From IMG/VR virus record IMGVR_UViG_3300025704_000035, positions 1 to 53,719 of that record: a stretch of 53,719 nt of DNA; one strand, given 5' to 3'. How positions within the stretch are numbered: position 1 is the first letter of the stretch; each line of letters starts with the position of its first letter. This document shows positions 10,465 to 21,296 of this stretch, piece after piece. The position numbers and the translations under genes are program-made. Source of the DNA: a virus. Taxonomy: Duplodnaviria > Caudoviricetes. The notes below the pieces were generated by a model that was given only the letters and a program-made list of their open reading frames with translations, ran no database searches and was not told the origin of the DNA.

Positions 10465-11094
10465 CTAGTCGAATAATTTGTTTAGTAAGAAAGCGACGCC
10501 TAATCCGATTGCTATAGGAGATGCCATTGTGGCTAGCTGTGCCATTGGACCCGCTGATGCTGTTGCCGCTGTTCCCGTGTTCACTGCGGCTAATGCTTCA
10601 CCGCCTACCGTGGCTGTTTCTGCAAGGGCTCCTGCTTCTGCCGTCAGAGTCCCTGCTTCTACCGTTACAGCTCCGGCTTCGGCTAACGTACCTGCTTCTG
10701 CCAGCGCGGCATCAGTCGCTAAACCATCAATACCTAGGGCGGTATTTTCCATAGCGGAAACTGCCGCATCACCCGAAAGTGTTGTCGCGCCTTCTCCTGC
10801 TGGCGTATATTTAACGGTTCCTGTCATTGATCTGCTTGCAGTTCCGTATCCGTCTAGCGCCGTATTAATTCCATCAATCCCTGCGTTTGCCGCTTTAGAT
10901 GCGTCCGCCATTCTGTTAGCACCAACCATTCCACCAATACCTGCGCCTGTGCCCATGGTTGCGTTTTCTTGCTGTTGCTGTGCTGTCTCAAGAGCCAGAC
11001 GTTGCTGATTCTCTACTGACTCAGCCTTAGTTACAGCGCCCATTCCTCTAAGGGCACCGCCTCTCAGACCTCTACCTACCGCTAACATTGTCAT
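10465..11094 (-). CDS. Ala/Gly-rich putative ejection (pilot) protein with C-terminal hydrophobic helix
   Basis: 209 aa; composition; C-terminal PIAIGLGVAFLL. Confidence 0.6.
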   Translation of the reverse strand: MTMLAVGRGLRGGALRGMGAVTKAESVENQQRLALETAQQQQENATMGTGAGIGGMVGANRMADASKAANAGIDGINTALDGYGTASRSMTGTVKYTPAGEGATTLSGDAAVSAMENTALGIDGLATDAALAEAGTLAEAGAVTVEAGTLTAEAGALAETATVGGEALAAVNTGTAATASAGPMAQLATMASPIAIGLGVAFLLNKLFD

Positions 11095-11813
11095 TACACT
11101 GATCCTCTTGCTTTTTGCGAGATTGAGCCTAAGTTACCGTTAAGTATTGCCTGCCTTCTATCGGAATCTCTAACTCTTGTATCATTCATACCTCCTACCA
11201 GCGCACCTATAGTGGACTGGTTGTTGGGTGTGGATGATGGGGCACTAAGTCCCATGCGAGCCATAGCTCTTTGCTGTTGCCCTCCCACGTTAGCCGAGGC
11301 ACCTAGCACAGAATTTTCCGTTCTTCGCAAATCCCCAGCCAAAGCCCTTGTGCCTGTAGCTGTGATTTGATTTGCCATATAATCTTCAACAGGAGCGTAT
11401 CTTGTTTGGTAGTCTTGAGTTTGGGCTCGTATTAGATCGGCATAAAGCTTATCGGCAGGATTCTCTTTTTTCTCTAGGTGGTCGTACCTGTTGACGTTTA
11501 TGCTAGCGTAAGGATTGTAAGAGCTATTAATTGCGCCATTGCCCACACCGCCTTGATAAAAACTATCACCACCAGAGGAAGCGTCGTAGCCGTTGTAAAA
11601 AGCGTCAACATCTGCCGCTGTGCCAGCGTTTAATCCGTCTAGGTACTGTTGATATAGAGGGTCGCCGTATGTGCCAAAGTGTTTTTTGGCTTGAGTATCA
11701 AAATTGTTTCTTATCCACTTACTGCCACCGGCTAGTGAGGCTCTTTTTTGACCATATTCAAAAGGAGTTTGTCCGTTTATCTGATAATCGCCAGTATTGT
11801 ATCCACGAGGCAT
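11094..11813 (-). CDS. Putative internal virion protein
   Basis: 239 aa; stop/start overlaps with both neighbours. Confidence 0.55.
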   Translation of the reverse strand: MPRGYNTGDYQINGQTPFEYGQKRASLAGGSKWIRNNFDTQAKKHFGTYGDPLYQQYLDGLNAGTAADVDAFYNGYDASSGGDSFYQGGVGNGAINSSYNPYASINVNRYDHLEKKENPADKLYADLIRAQTQDYQTRYAPVEDYMANQITATGTRALAGDLRRTENSVLGASANVGGQQQRAMARMGLSAPSSTPNNQSTIGALVGGMNDTRVRDSDRRQAILNGNLGSISQKARGSV

Positions 11814-12382
11814 TAGGAGCCACCTCCTAACCCGTAACTAGCGGTCATACCCACTCCCGTACCAGCTATTTGCTGTATCGAGCTTGACTTTGCAAAGTCG
11901 CGTTCTGCTTCTGCGCCAGCTCTGTCAAGACCAGACTGCAATCGATCTATGTTGCCCTGCATCGTGGTTCCCTGAAGACCTTGACCCATAGCAATAACAT
12001 TACCCAGTCCCTCGAAGCCCGCGTCAGTGTTGTCGATGCCGGCTCCCGCCGATGCCAGACCCATGCCTCTAGCCTGTGCGGCTCTTAAGGCTCCCGACTC
12101 TGCTTGATATGCACCCGATGTAGGATCATATCCTCTCTGGAAGGCACCTGAGTTTAGATCAGAAATACCGTCCTCATATATAGAAGAGGTTTGATTCATT
12201 GCCCGTGACATTGAATCTGTATATGCATCCTCGCCAAAACGATCAAATTGATCCGCAATAAACTGATTCTCAAGAGGTACAAATGTACTACCGTAGCGCT
12301 GAAGATTTACAGCCGCCTGTTCGGCAAGTGCCATTTTGCTCTCTTGTTCGTCTACTCTGTTGTCGCCACCACCACCACACAT
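11813..12382 (-). CDS. Putative internal virion protein (MCGGGG start, Gly/Ala/Gln-rich)
   Basis: N-terminus and composition typical of podovirus ejection proteins that follow a GNAT gene. Confidence 0.6.
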   Translation of the reverse strand: MCGGGGDNRVDEQESKMALAEQAAVNLQRYGSTFVPLENQFIADQFDRFGEDAYTDSMSRAMNQTSSIYEDGISDLNSGAFQRGYDPTSGAYQAESGALRAAQARGMGLASAGAGIDNTDAGFEGLGNVIAMGQGLQGTTMQGNIDRLQSGLDRAGAEAERDFAKSSSIQQIAGTGVGMTASYGLGGGS

Positions 12383-12383
12383 A

Positions 12384-12845
12384 TTAAACCTCTCGCTTAT
12401 ACCATGTACCGGCTTCTTTGTAGCCCAGCCGTTGTATTAATTTTGGGTATCCGTCACCAGCAATACCATCGGTAACACCGATGCATACCTCAAGGGCTTC
12501 GTTGCTTTTTGCCCATGATTCAAATTCTTTAAACATTTTTATTAGGCTTTTACCAACACCCTGTCTTTTGTCGGGGTGAAAGCAAACAACCTGATCCATG
12601 GCGATCTTGTTTTCAGAGAAGAAGTATTCAGTAATTAATCCAATAAACATCCCAATGACTTCTCCGTCTTTTTCTGCTACGCGAAAAAAATAAGGAGAGT
12701 GGTTGTTAAGCGAAGAAAGAATAATAGATGCACATTTCTTTTCGGACCAACCACAATTTTTGTAGGCGCTGTTTTCTTGGAACCATCGTCCCAGATCATT
12801 CAGTTGCTCGAAATCACCCATAACAGGACGGCGAATAACTGCCAT
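12384..12845 (-). CDS. GNAT-family acetyltransferase-like virion-module protein
   Basis: FHPDKRQGVGKSLI acetyl-CoA-binding-like motif; C-terminal RLGY. Confidence 0.8.
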   Translation of the reverse strand: MAVIRRPVMGDFEQLNDLGRWFQENSAYKNCGWSEKKCASIILSSLNNHSPYFFRVAEKDGEVIGMFIGLITEYFFSENKIAMDQVVCFHPDKRQGVGKSLIKMFKEFESWAKSNEALEVCIGVTDGIAGDGYPKLIQRLGYKEAGTWYKREV

Positions 12846-13033
12846 AAATCACCATGCATGAAAATAATTTTTAATAAGTCGTATTCAAGATCGGATCTTG
12901 AGTGACTAAAAGAACCTCACCAAGCAAGTTGGCAGGCTTCCATGTGATAGGCAATTGAATAACTGCCCAAATATAATATATATAATACTGTAATTAGCCG
13001 TAAAGTACTAATTTTTATAGAGTTTTTTGCAAT

Positions 13034-13360
13034 CTATTTTGGAAATTTATCTTTAATTTCTTTGATCATGTTAAAGAAATCTCCATCGGTACCAAGTCTG
13101 TTGTTTTTAAGATCATCATATAACGCTTCTAATTGCTTATCTATTGATGGATACTCATAAGTTCTCATGTCCATCCAGCTTGTATTTTCTTCGCATCGTT
13201 GGGTTACAAGCAATCTGTCCTCGTCCCAGTAATCAATAAGATTGTCTGTTAACTTTAGTCTTTCTCCGTGCACGTAAGGCACCCATGTATCATCTGGCTT
13301 GAGAGTTTGTGGACCCGCTACAACTTTTTGTTTGTCACTATCCCACAGCACGTAATACAT
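13034..13360 (-). CDS. Tail fibre assembly-like small protein
   Basis: 108 aa; R..EYPSI..QLEALY...IKEIKDKFPK motif common in marine phage tail-associated proteins. Confidence 0.55.
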   Translation of the reverse strand: MYYVLWDSDKQKVVAGPQTLKPDDTWVPYVHGERLKLTDNLIDYWDEDRLLVTQRCEENTSWMDMRTYEYPSIDKQLEALYDDLKNNRLGTDGDFFNMIKEIKDKFPK

Positions 13361-16300
13361 TACCTAAGCTCCATAATTAGTCCGTTAACCTCATTCGAAG
13401 TGTCATTGTTGATCGACGCGCCGGACTCGGTGCCAAAAGATATATTCCACGACACAAAATGTCGCGTAGGAATTTCTAGACCACCCTGTACAGCCCAAGG
13501 TGAGTGCCACATGTTGTGTGCCGGTCTGAATCTTTGCTCTCCCACCTTGTATTTTATGGTTTTTGCCCTGCACCCAAACGTCGCTCTTACAGCGCGATTG
13601 GGATATCTAGCGACAACAACATCAACTTCTCCCCAATGCCAATAATACCCAGAGCCAGCACTACCTCTCTGGCTCGGAGTATATGTTGGGTCAAATTCTA
13701 CTTTTGTGTAGCCAAAACGCTCGAAATACTCAACCTCTTTTATAGTGCCAAGACCAAAATAGTTAGCGGCGCCCTTGTGTGCTTCACCTTCGCCGTCATA
13801 CCTAGAGGTCAGAATCCAGCCCTTAGCGAGCTCAGCCTCCACATCACCGTCGAGGTAAGCTACCGCCGTACCATCGAAAGTTCTATAATATGGCTCACTA
13901 TCTCGCTTGCCTTTCGCAATGTCTCTTATTTCAATTTCGCCTGTGTCTTCTGCGTCAACCCGTACCGTTAAGAATAAGCTAACGACATACGCTTCGTTTG
14001 AAGCAAATTTCCCCCAGCCTGTAAATGAAAGATGTATTCTGCGTGCTATATCTGGGTTATTAAACCGACCAATCGAGCCCGAATACGCTACACTATTTCC
14101 ATAGTTATTATTGGTGGGTGATAATGTGTATATACTTTTAGTAGTAGTGTCGCGGTAGCTTGTCATCCTGCTTACCCCGCCCTTAATTGAGGTCGCGTAG
14201 AGGTTGTCAATGGTAACGTTGCCGGCGTCAATGGTTCCTGACTCAATACTGTCGGCGCTTATTTTTCCGAGTGAAAGTTTCCCGTTAACCTCTTTGATCG
14301 TACTGTTATCAACGTTAATAACACTCGCATCAAGAGTTCCGCCTTCAATCTTACTAGCCGTCAATGTTCCCGTCACGTCTGCAAGGTCAACTATTAGCGA
14401 ACCAATTTTTGCCTGATCTATGGAACCGTCTTTGATATGAGCGGAATCAATATAGGTTTTACCACCCTGAACAAAAAACGGGCTTATCATAGAGCCGTCG
14501 GCAGGGTCAACAAGCGCAAACCTATCTGCCGCGATGGCAAACTCAGAGAAACTGCCTACAGCCAGCCTGCAAGTAATTTTCTTTATCATAAAGAAGTGCG
14601 AGGAATGACTAGCACCCTGAGCTTGGTTAAAGTCAGGTGTGATACTAAAATCCGTGCTATCTCTTGGTCTAAGTAAAACGTTGAAAGACTTTACGGTAGT
14701 GCCGTTGTGGACGTCTGCTTCTTCCCATAATTTTTCTGAGGGCAGTACCTGATTTGCAACTCCCGCAATGTAATATCTCAGGTTCATGTTCGTACTAGAG
14801 GAAAAATGTATTTCAAGCACCGCACGGTTTAGGAAACCCGCTCTCTCCATCGTGGGTGGAATCCTTAAGATAAATTGAGGGTAACTCGAACTATTCCTCC
14901 TCACCAAAAGCCCGCCTTGATTCACAGTGTAGGATCCATTTGTATAGCTAGTAAAGTTTGTTGAAACATTTGAGTTATTGAAATCTGGGTCAACCACAAG
15001 CTCCTCGCCCAGCCCTGTGTTAGTGGTTGTTGCAAGACCAAATCCAGATACGTGACCGTCGCTATTGACCTTCACTGAATACTGTGCAGATAATCCGCCT
15101 TCATCAGTCAGCAGGGATTCGTGAGTTTCGATGGACTGCTCCATCGTTCCTACTGTGGCAGAAAGCGAGGACAGCCTACCATTCTCTTGTGTGGTTGAGT
15201 CACCAAATACTTCGAGATTAATTGCTTCAACAAAGCTGGCGGATGCAAATGCTGAATCTCCGTCAGCGGTAAATACCTCTGCGGTTAATTTATCTATTCT
15301 TGAGATTTCGGCGGCGTCGTCGAACAGCTCGCTCCTTAACTCTGTCACTGAATCTGCTGATGCAAGCTTGGTCTCACCGTCATCGTCAAATACAGCATTG
15401 AAGGTAGAATCTACTCTTGAAACGGCGTTTGGGGAATAGCCACCCGCGCCGTAGACTTCAGTTTCAAAGATCTGTAAGTAGCCGTTCTGCGCGGAAAGCC
15501 CAGAGATCGGGTCGTTAACTGCTGTACTCAAAGATTGAATTAAAGAGGCTGAAGCGCCTGATTCATTGCCTTCGCCAAAGACCTCTGTTTGCATTTCAGA
15601 TAATGCAGATGCAGAAGCCAGCTTAAGGTTGCTGTCGTCGTCATATAATGCGCTATTTAACTCTGTTACGGCAGTCTGCAAAGATTTTACAAGGCTTTCG
15701 TTATCCCCGTCATATATAGCGGTAACATTACTAGACAGAGTTGTAAGTGCAGAACCTGACGCAAGGCGAGCATCACCATCATCGGTGAAGACCTCTGAGT
15801 TTAAGTTAGTAATACTTGTTTGAATTGCCTGAATAAGGTCAACATCATCAAGGTTGTCGGGGTCGTATATTACCTTTACAGCGGTATCTAAAGTTTCCAG
15901 TGCCGACGCGGTAGCTAGCGCAAGCTCATCATCGCTAAATACTACGGCGTTTAAATCCGTTACCTCGCCTTGAAGTGACTTTACAGTACTTGCATTATCC
16001 CCATCATATATAGCCTCTACCGTTGACGTAAGCGTGGATAGCGCTGAAGAGCTAGCGAGCCTTCCAACTTTTTCCCCGTCAACCTCAGAAAACACCTCGC
16101 TATCTAGCGAAGTAATATCACTTTGAATTGCCGACACAACAGTTTCATCATCATCTTCATTATATATGGAATCAACAACCGCAGATAAGGTGTCTAATGC
16201 CGCCGATGTAGCAACAATCGATTCCGTATCACCCACGGCACCATATACGGTGGTATCAAGACTATCAACACGACTTTGCAGTGTTATTATATCACCTTCC

Positions 16301-17952
16301 GCAGACTCGAAGTCTTGGGTTAACGTTGAAAACGCATCACCTTGTGCAAGTCTAGATACCTGCTCTCCATCCACCTCAGAGAAAACTTCCGTACTAAGGC
16401 TGTCTACACTTGACTGGAGTACCCGCACCAAGCTTGTCTCGCTGTCAGCCTTATAAATTGTCTCTACATCAGACTGCAAGCCAGATAAAGCAGAAGCTGT
16501 AGCCAGTTGCAGAGTGTCATCATCACCGTAAATGGTAGAGTTTAGAGAGGTTATGTCGCTTTGGGCGGTAGTGATATCACCACCCTGTGAGGTTACTGTT
16601 GAGCTAAGAGTGTTTAAGGCGCTTGCTGTTGCCAAAAGACTGTCGCCGTTTTCAGCAAAAACTTCAGCGTTCAGGTCTGTAACACTAGACTGTAAAACCT
16701 TAACCAAAGACGTATCGTCCTCGGCGTCGTATATTACCGTCACGCTACTTGTAAGTGTGTCTAAGGCGCTAGTAGTGGCTAACTTAACTGTGTCATCGTC
16801 ATTGAATACAGCGCCGTCTAGAGCTGTTATGGAGGATGCGTGTGACGTGACCGTACCGTTTATACCGGTAACTGTTGAGTCAAGGGTGCTAAGAGCACTA
16901 GCGCTTGCCACCTTTACCGTCCCGTCCGCGTTGAAGACCTCTGCATTTAGATTTGTTATGGAAGATTCGTTGGCGGCGATCCGAGGATCTAGCAAACTCT
17001 CCCACGTTTCTGTTCCGTCTCCATTTGCGTCAATCCTAACGTATGGTTCCATGTTATTAGCAGAATCATACCAACGGCTGTAAGTGCTTATCGTGCCTGT
17101 AGGTTCCGAATCCTGCACGAACACCGCCGTGGTTCCAGAGGTCAGATCGCCAACACTTGTTTGCAAGTTGCTAATAGCAGTGTTTGCGGATGATAAATTA
17201 GTTTCGACAGTCGAGGCAGTTGATGCCGCATTTGTTGCAACTGTTTCTGTAGTACCAATGCGCGTTAGGAGATCATCGTTATCGTATGTATCTACGAATC
17301 CTGTATAGGTTTCAACTCTTTCAAGAAGGTCTTCAAGACCGTCAATTTTGCCAAGGGGAGTTCTTAAGCTTTGCGCCAATTCTGAATCAGTTATTGACTC
17401 AGATAGCTCTGCAATTATGCTGGCATTATTAGTTAGCGTGGTTGCAGAAACCCCAACACTTGTATTGAAAGGTCCTGTATCTCCAATGACGTTAACAGCT
17501 CTAACCCAGTAGTAAAATGTTGCATTCTCACCTACAGGGTCGCTAAATATTTTTGTATACCCAGAAAGCTCTGCAAGCATAGTTGCTTGAGCAATGTTAT
17601 CGGCATCATTTCTAAAAACCTGAACGGCTGAATGCCCGCTATATTGAACTAAATCCCACGACAAAAGAATATTTTCAAAACCAGCAGTGGCTACCAGATT
17701 TGTGGGCGTAGGAATTAAATCTAACTTTAAAACGCTATCATTGTTTAGCGGCTCTATCTCGCCCTCGCCTGCTAGGCTTACATATTTGGCGAACCCCATC
17801 TCCACAAGATTCTTTGCGGTTACGGCTTTGGATCCTGCTCCTTTGACTCCGCCTAAAACTTCAAGACCTTCCTTAAGTTGTTGTAGGAATATCTTATCAG
17901 CTCCAGAAAACCCTTGGGGTACCGGAGGTATTCCGCCTTTTAAATTAGCCAC
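13360..17952 (-). CDS. Large tail-tip / host-specificity protein (FN3-like N-domain, acidic coiled-coil repeats, lambda J-like C-terminal region)
   Basis: YYWVRAVN; repeated LASASALxTL units; AQYSVKV..GHVSGFGL and SEFAIAADRFAL..PFFVQGGKTYIDSA motifs. GTG start at 17952 chosen for its GGAGG SD (track start 17979). Confidence 0.75.
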   Translation of the reverse strand: MANLKGGIPPVPQGFSGADKIFLQQLKEGLEVLGGVKGAGSKAVTAKNLVEMGFAKYVSLAGEGEIEPLNNDSVLKLDLIPTPTNLVATAGFENILLSWDLVQYSGHSAVQVFRNDADNIAQATMLAELSGYTKIFSDPVGENATFYYWVRAVNVIGDTGPFNTSVGVSATTLTNNASIIAELSESITDSELAQSLRTPLGKIDGLEDLLERVETYTGFVDTYDNDDLLTRIGTTETVATNAASTASTVETNLSSANTAISNLQTSVGDLTSGTTAVFVQDSEPTGTISTYSRWYDSANNMEPYVRIDANGDGTETWESLLDPRIAANESSITNLNAEVFNADGTVKVASASALSTLDSTVTGINGTVTSHASSITALDGAVFNDDDTVKLATTSALDTLTSSVTVIYDAEDDTSLVKVLQSSVTDLNAEVFAENGDSLLATASALNTLSSTVTSQGGDITTAQSDITSLNSTIYGDDDTLQLATASALSGLQSDVETIYKADSETSLVRVLQSSVDSLSTEVFSEVDGEQVSRLAQGDAFSTLTQDFESAEGDIITLQSRVDSLDTTVYGAVGDTESIVATSAALDTLSAVVDSIYNEDDDETVVSAIQSDITSLDSEVFSEVDGEKVGRLASSSALSTLTSTVEAIYDGDNASTVKSLQGEVTDLNAVVFSDDELALATASALETLDTAVKVIYDPDNLDDVDLIQAIQTSITNLNSEVFTDDGDARLASGSALTTLSSNVTAIYDGDNESLVKSLQTAVTELNSALYDDDSNLKLASASALSEMQTEVFGEGNESGASASLIQSLSTAVNDPISGLSAQNGYLQIFETEVYGAGGYSPNAVSRVDSTFNAVFDDDGETKLASADSVTELRSELFDDAAEISRIDKLTAEVFTADGDSAFASASFVEAINLEVFGDSTTQENGRLSSLSATVGTMEQSIETHESLLTDEGGLSAQYSVKVNSDGHVSGFGLATTTNTGLGEELVVDPDFNNSNVSTNFTSYTNGSYTVNQGGLLVRRNSSSYPQFILRIPPTMERAGFLNRAVLEIHFSSSTNMNLRYYIAGVANQVLPSEKLWEEADVHNGTTVKSFNVLLRPRDSTDFSITPDFNQAQGASHSSHFFMIKKITCRLAVGSFSEFAIAADRFALVDPADGSMISPFFVQGGKTYIDSAHIKDGSIDQAKIGSLIVDLADVTGTLTASKIEGGTLDASVINVDNSTIKEVNGKLSLGKISADSIESGTIDAGNVTIDNLYATSIKGGVSRMTSYRDTTTKSIYTLSPTNNNYGNSVAYSGSIGRFNNPDIARRIHLSFTGWGKFASNEAYVVSLFLTVRVDAEDTGEIEIRDIAKGKRDSEPYYRTFDGTAVAYLDGDVEAELAKGWILTSRYDGEGEAHKGAANYFGLGTIKEVEYFERFGYTKVEFDPTYTPSQRGSAGSGYYWHWGEVDVVVARYPNRAVRATFGCRAKTIKYKVGEQRFRPAHNMWHSPWAVQGGLEIPTRHFVSWNISFGTESGASINNDTSNEVNGLIMELR

Positions 17953-19609
17953 CAATTTCCTCCGCAGATTCGTAAACACATATTTCGTTTATTGCGACGT
18001 TTGCCTCAACCTGTATTTCAAACTCGTTATCCTTGTAGCCAGATGGAAGTCTAAATACAGAGGAATCCTGCACGGTACAAGTAAATACTGCACTCGCACT
18101 GCCTCCGGCATAAAGCTTAAATACCACGCCATCTCCGTAATCATCACAGTCAACCTTTGCTACGGCGGGGTTAATCGGGCGCGGAATGTAGAACTTTTTA
18201 GTTTTCCACGTATAGTTAAGATTGCTACCCGAGGCAAACGTATGAAGACTGCCGTTAACCACTAGATATAAAACATCGTTCACTAGGTCAGAGAACCCAG
18301 CGGTTGCATGAAAATCTAAATCAATGTAACTGTTCGCGCCGCCCCTCGGGTCAAAGACAAAGCCTCGGCTTAATGTGCCGGTAGAATAAAAACCAACATA
18401 ATAGCCTTCCCATGCGTATGCTGTAATTGATTCCGGAGATAGGTCTTGCCACTGATCGCGTGTAAATATACCGCTTGTTGCTAAATTAACACCCGTTTCG
18501 GTCGCTATGACTAAACCGTCTGGGCTGGCATATATAACCGCATCACCCATATCAACAACTGACCGCTTGCTTACACAGGATAAAGTCGAATCAATTTCCG
18601 TCATGCTCATGAAGGATGGGTCTGAGCCAGTTATTAGTGCGGGCTTACCCTTCGTAAGCACAAGTAACCCGTTCTGTAGCGGGGCAAGAGATACAATATC
18701 GGTCTTCACGGTAAGTCGGTATTCCTCAGGATATGCATGAGGCTGAAAAGGCTCTGAAAACAATATCGTCTTTCCGGAAAATCCAGCAAAAACCCCGTTC
18801 GGTAGTGCTTTTAAGCCCCGCATTGGACCATTCGTGTGCTCGGAGGAGATCTCATCAGGCGGAGCAGAAAAACCTGAGGTTGGTATCACCTCTCCAAGAT
18901 TTTCATTTGCTACCTGATCTTCGTAACTAGCCGCGTTCAGACCCACATCAGCAACAAAGCGATAGTCGCCGTTAGCATCTGTTCTATAAATTCGTTTAGA
19001 TGCAATGTTATGGTTGTCTGCGTCATGATTCCCAAAATTGACCGTTGCCGTTTGATCGCTAAAAAGCGTTAATACATTGTCAACCTGAGGAACGCTTGGC
19101 TCACCCTCTTCACCATATGCTGAAACATAAGTATAAATATATGACCTGCTGGTTGGAGTCTCCTCTTCAGTTTTCCCGCTCGTGACAGGAGAAATCCCCG
19201 TAACACCAAGGTTAGATGGAGTAGGCATTCCTAACCTATAATAAGTAGCGTTACCCGCGATGCTAGCCGTGGTCATTCTTGGATAGTTGCCTGAGTTAGT
19301 GTCTATGTAATCAGTTACATATATTCTCTCATGCGGGTCTTCAGCTATTGGTGACCTGACGTAGTCGGCGGCACTATTTTTTGCGACCCACAGTGAGTCA
19401 CTATATTTAAAAATTGTTTTTGTTTGGTTGCTTATAGTTCCCTCTACGGTGGCTGTGCCTGTCGCGGTGGCACTATTTCCTTTCCACGGGTCAAGGCGAC
19501 CGCTATCAAGCCTTACGTTAGTAGCCTTTTGAGCCATATTGGGCGGAAGAGCTCGCGCATATACTTTGGGGGCTTTACCGCCAAACTGATTTAGAGTAAA
19601 TCCCGTCAT
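17945..19609 (-). CDS. Tail nozzle / stabilisation-like protein
   Basis: 554 aa, beta-rich; RSYIYTYVSAYGEEG and FSEPFQPHAYP motifs; position in tail module. Confidence 0.6.
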   Translation of the reverse strand: MTGFTLNQFGGKAPKVYARALPPNMAQKATNVRLDSGRLDPWKGNSATATGTATVEGTISNQTKTIFKYSDSLWVAKNSAADYVRSPIAEDPHERIYVTDYIDTNSGNYPRMTTASIAGNATYYRLGMPTPSNLGVTGISPVTSGKTEEETPTSRSYIYTYVSAYGEEGEPSVPQVDNVLTLFSDQTATVNFGNHDADNHNIASKRIYRTDANGDYRFVADVGLNAASYEDQVANENLGEVIPTSGFSAPPDEISSEHTNGPMRGLKALPNGVFAGFSGKTILFSEPFQPHAYPEEYRLTVKTDIVSLAPLQNGLLVLTKGKPALITGSDPSFMSMTEIDSTLSCVSKRSVVDMGDAVIYASPDGLVIATETGVNLATSGIFTRDQWQDLSPESITAYAWEGYYVGFYSTGTLSRGFVFDPRGGANSYIDLDFHATAGFSDLVNDVLYLVVNGSLHTFASGSNLNYTWKTKKFYIPRPINPAVAKVDCDDYGDGVVFKLYAGGSASAVFTCTVQDSSVFRLPSGYKDNEFEIQVEANVAINEICVYESAEEIGG

Positions 19610-19983
19610 TATTTATTCCTCAACTTCATTATCTTGTCTGCGCCCTTAATACCGAAGCTAGAACTGACGGCAATAAATAATAAGTATTGATACCATTCTG
19701 GTAATTGATTAAGGGCATTAAAACCCTCTTTAACTCTTGTAATGATAGTAGGGTCATCTACGCCAACTGCGTACCCTATAAACAAAAGGGGCAGGCTAAG
19801 CACACCACTAAAAAATTCATCCTTGAGTGAATTATTTGAAGCCTCAGCCATCTTGGTTTCCCAATCAGCATCGTTCTCAATCATTGTCATTTTAGCTTTG
19901 TGTTTAGCCTCTTTCTCTTCAGCCTTGTTCTTTAGATATCCGCCTGCTAAATTAGAAATCGGTCCAATTAAACTTTGCCACAT
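19609..19983 (-). CDS. Holin-like membrane protein (3TM-holin-like)
   Basis: 124 aa; S.KDE motif, two clear hydrophobic helices, SSFGIK, basic C-terminus. Confidence 0.6.
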   Translation of the reverse strand: MWQSLIGPISNLAGGYLKNKAEEKEAKHKAKMTMIENDADWETKMAEASNNSLKDEFFSGVLSLPLLFIGYAVGVDDPTIITRVKEGFNALNQLPEWYQYLLFIAVSSSFGIKGADKIMKLRNK

Positions 19984-19986
19984 AAA

Positions 19987-20472
19987 TCACCTCAAAGGGT
20001 TTGCACTTAACTCGTCAAGTCCATCCCATATGTCATTGATTTCTCGAGTAAGTACTTGATATTTATCAGAAAAGCTAGAAAGACTGTCAGCGATAACTTC
20101 GCTTTTAGTAACAGTCGCTTTCATACCTTCTATTTGTTTTTCTAAATCAGTAACCTGCGCCTTTATCAACAGTAAGCTAGCCTGCTGTTCTTTTATTACT
20201 AGTAAATTTGTACCCAGCTCGGCAAGTTTTCCTTGTAGCTGTGAAACAGAATTAGCTGTTAACTCCTGTTCGATCAGTATTATTTTTTCTTCTAGTGGAA
20301 CTATGTCTGGAACCGATACCGCTTCTACCGCTTCGAGTCTCGAGTAAAGACTACTTGCCATCCAGACGCCTCCACCAAGAGAGGTCGCCAAACTGAACAG
20401 AATTGCGATGTATACCCCTTTAAATGAGGTTCCGCCAATGTTTAGCTCTGCTTCAGCAAGGCTCATTCGCAA
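19987..20472 (-). CDS. Membrane-anchored coiled-coil protein
   Basis: N-terminal hydrophobic helix then heptad-rich region. Confidence 0.6.
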   Translation of the reverse strand: MRMSLAEAELNIGGTSFKGVYIAILFSLATSLGGGVWMASSLYSRLEAVEAVSVPDIVPLEEKIILIEQELTANSVSQLQGKLAELGTNLLVIKEQQASLLLIKAQVTDLEKQIEGMKATVTKSEVIADSLSSFSDKYQVLTREINDIWDGLDELSANPLR

Positions 20473-21296
20473 CCACCGGTCATGTAGCAGTCAAATCCTC
20501 CACCTAAAGGGGAGGTTAAATAGAACTCGGATTGAGATCCTGCAATAAGTATCTCTGCTTCAGTTGCGTAAACGTTTAGCCCTATACCGTCAGTTCCATT
20601 AAGCATGACCGCTGATAGGTTTCTTGTTGTGTTGTAACCCATTTGCACCCACTGTCTATTTGCGTCGTAAAGAATTGAGGTCTGCTCTGCGGTTGTATTG
20701 GCTGACTCTACACCCTGTTCAAAGAACGCAACTGCTTCGGGTGATGCCGCTACGCTCATATAGGCTACTGCCGAATTTGCATGGGTCTCTATGTCTGTCA
20801 GAGATTCATTGAAATCCTGTACAGACTCATGCGAAACCATCAACATCTCTTGATTGTTTTCAACGAAAGACTGAACTTCTGCTTGTTCTTGAGGGGTGTT
20901 AGCTTCTCCCGCCAAATTATTAATCTCTGCCACCTGTATAATTTCAACCGTTGCGGATGTAAAAACATTTACCGCATCATTCATGAGAGACAGCTCTTGA
21001 GCCGCCTTGGCTTCCAGAACGTCAGTCACTGAGCCATAGGGTTGATACTCCTGAATGTCCATTAACGCGGTGTTATATGCTTCTATTTGAGCGGATGTAA
21101 TATGAGCTGTTTCAGCTAGGGAGCCGTCGCTCATTCCCTGACCGTATTGAGAGTACTCTGTAGCGGCACCGACTAGCTTTATTCCCGTATCAATCTGGTT
21201 AACAATATCCTGAGATGCATTAATCAGGTTGTCGAGCTGATTTGCTTGAGCGAAACTTGTCGCTAATAGAGCGACTATCATCACCTTCTTCATCAT
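20463..21296 (-). CDS. Putative exported helical protein
   Basis: Sec-type signal peptide MMKKVMIVALLATSFAQA. Confidence 0.6.
   Translation of the reverse strand: MMKKVMIVALLATSFAQANQLDNLINASQDIVNQIDTGIKLVGAATEYSQYGQGMSDGSLAETAHITSAQIEAYNTALMDIQEYQPYGSVTDVLEAKAAQELSLMNDAVNVFTSATVEIIQVAEINNLAGEANTPQEQAEVQSFVENNQEMLMVSHESVQDFNESLTDIETHANSAVAYMSVAASPEAVAFFEQGVESANTTAEQTSILYDANRQWVQMGYNTTRNLSAVMLNGTDGIGLNVYATEAEILIAGSQSEFYLTSPLGGGFDCYMTGGCE

Noticed and set aside
13268-18930. Plus-strand ORFs opposite the tail genes
   Set aside because: Antisense shadows of long repetitive CDSs, with no SD or recognisable motifs
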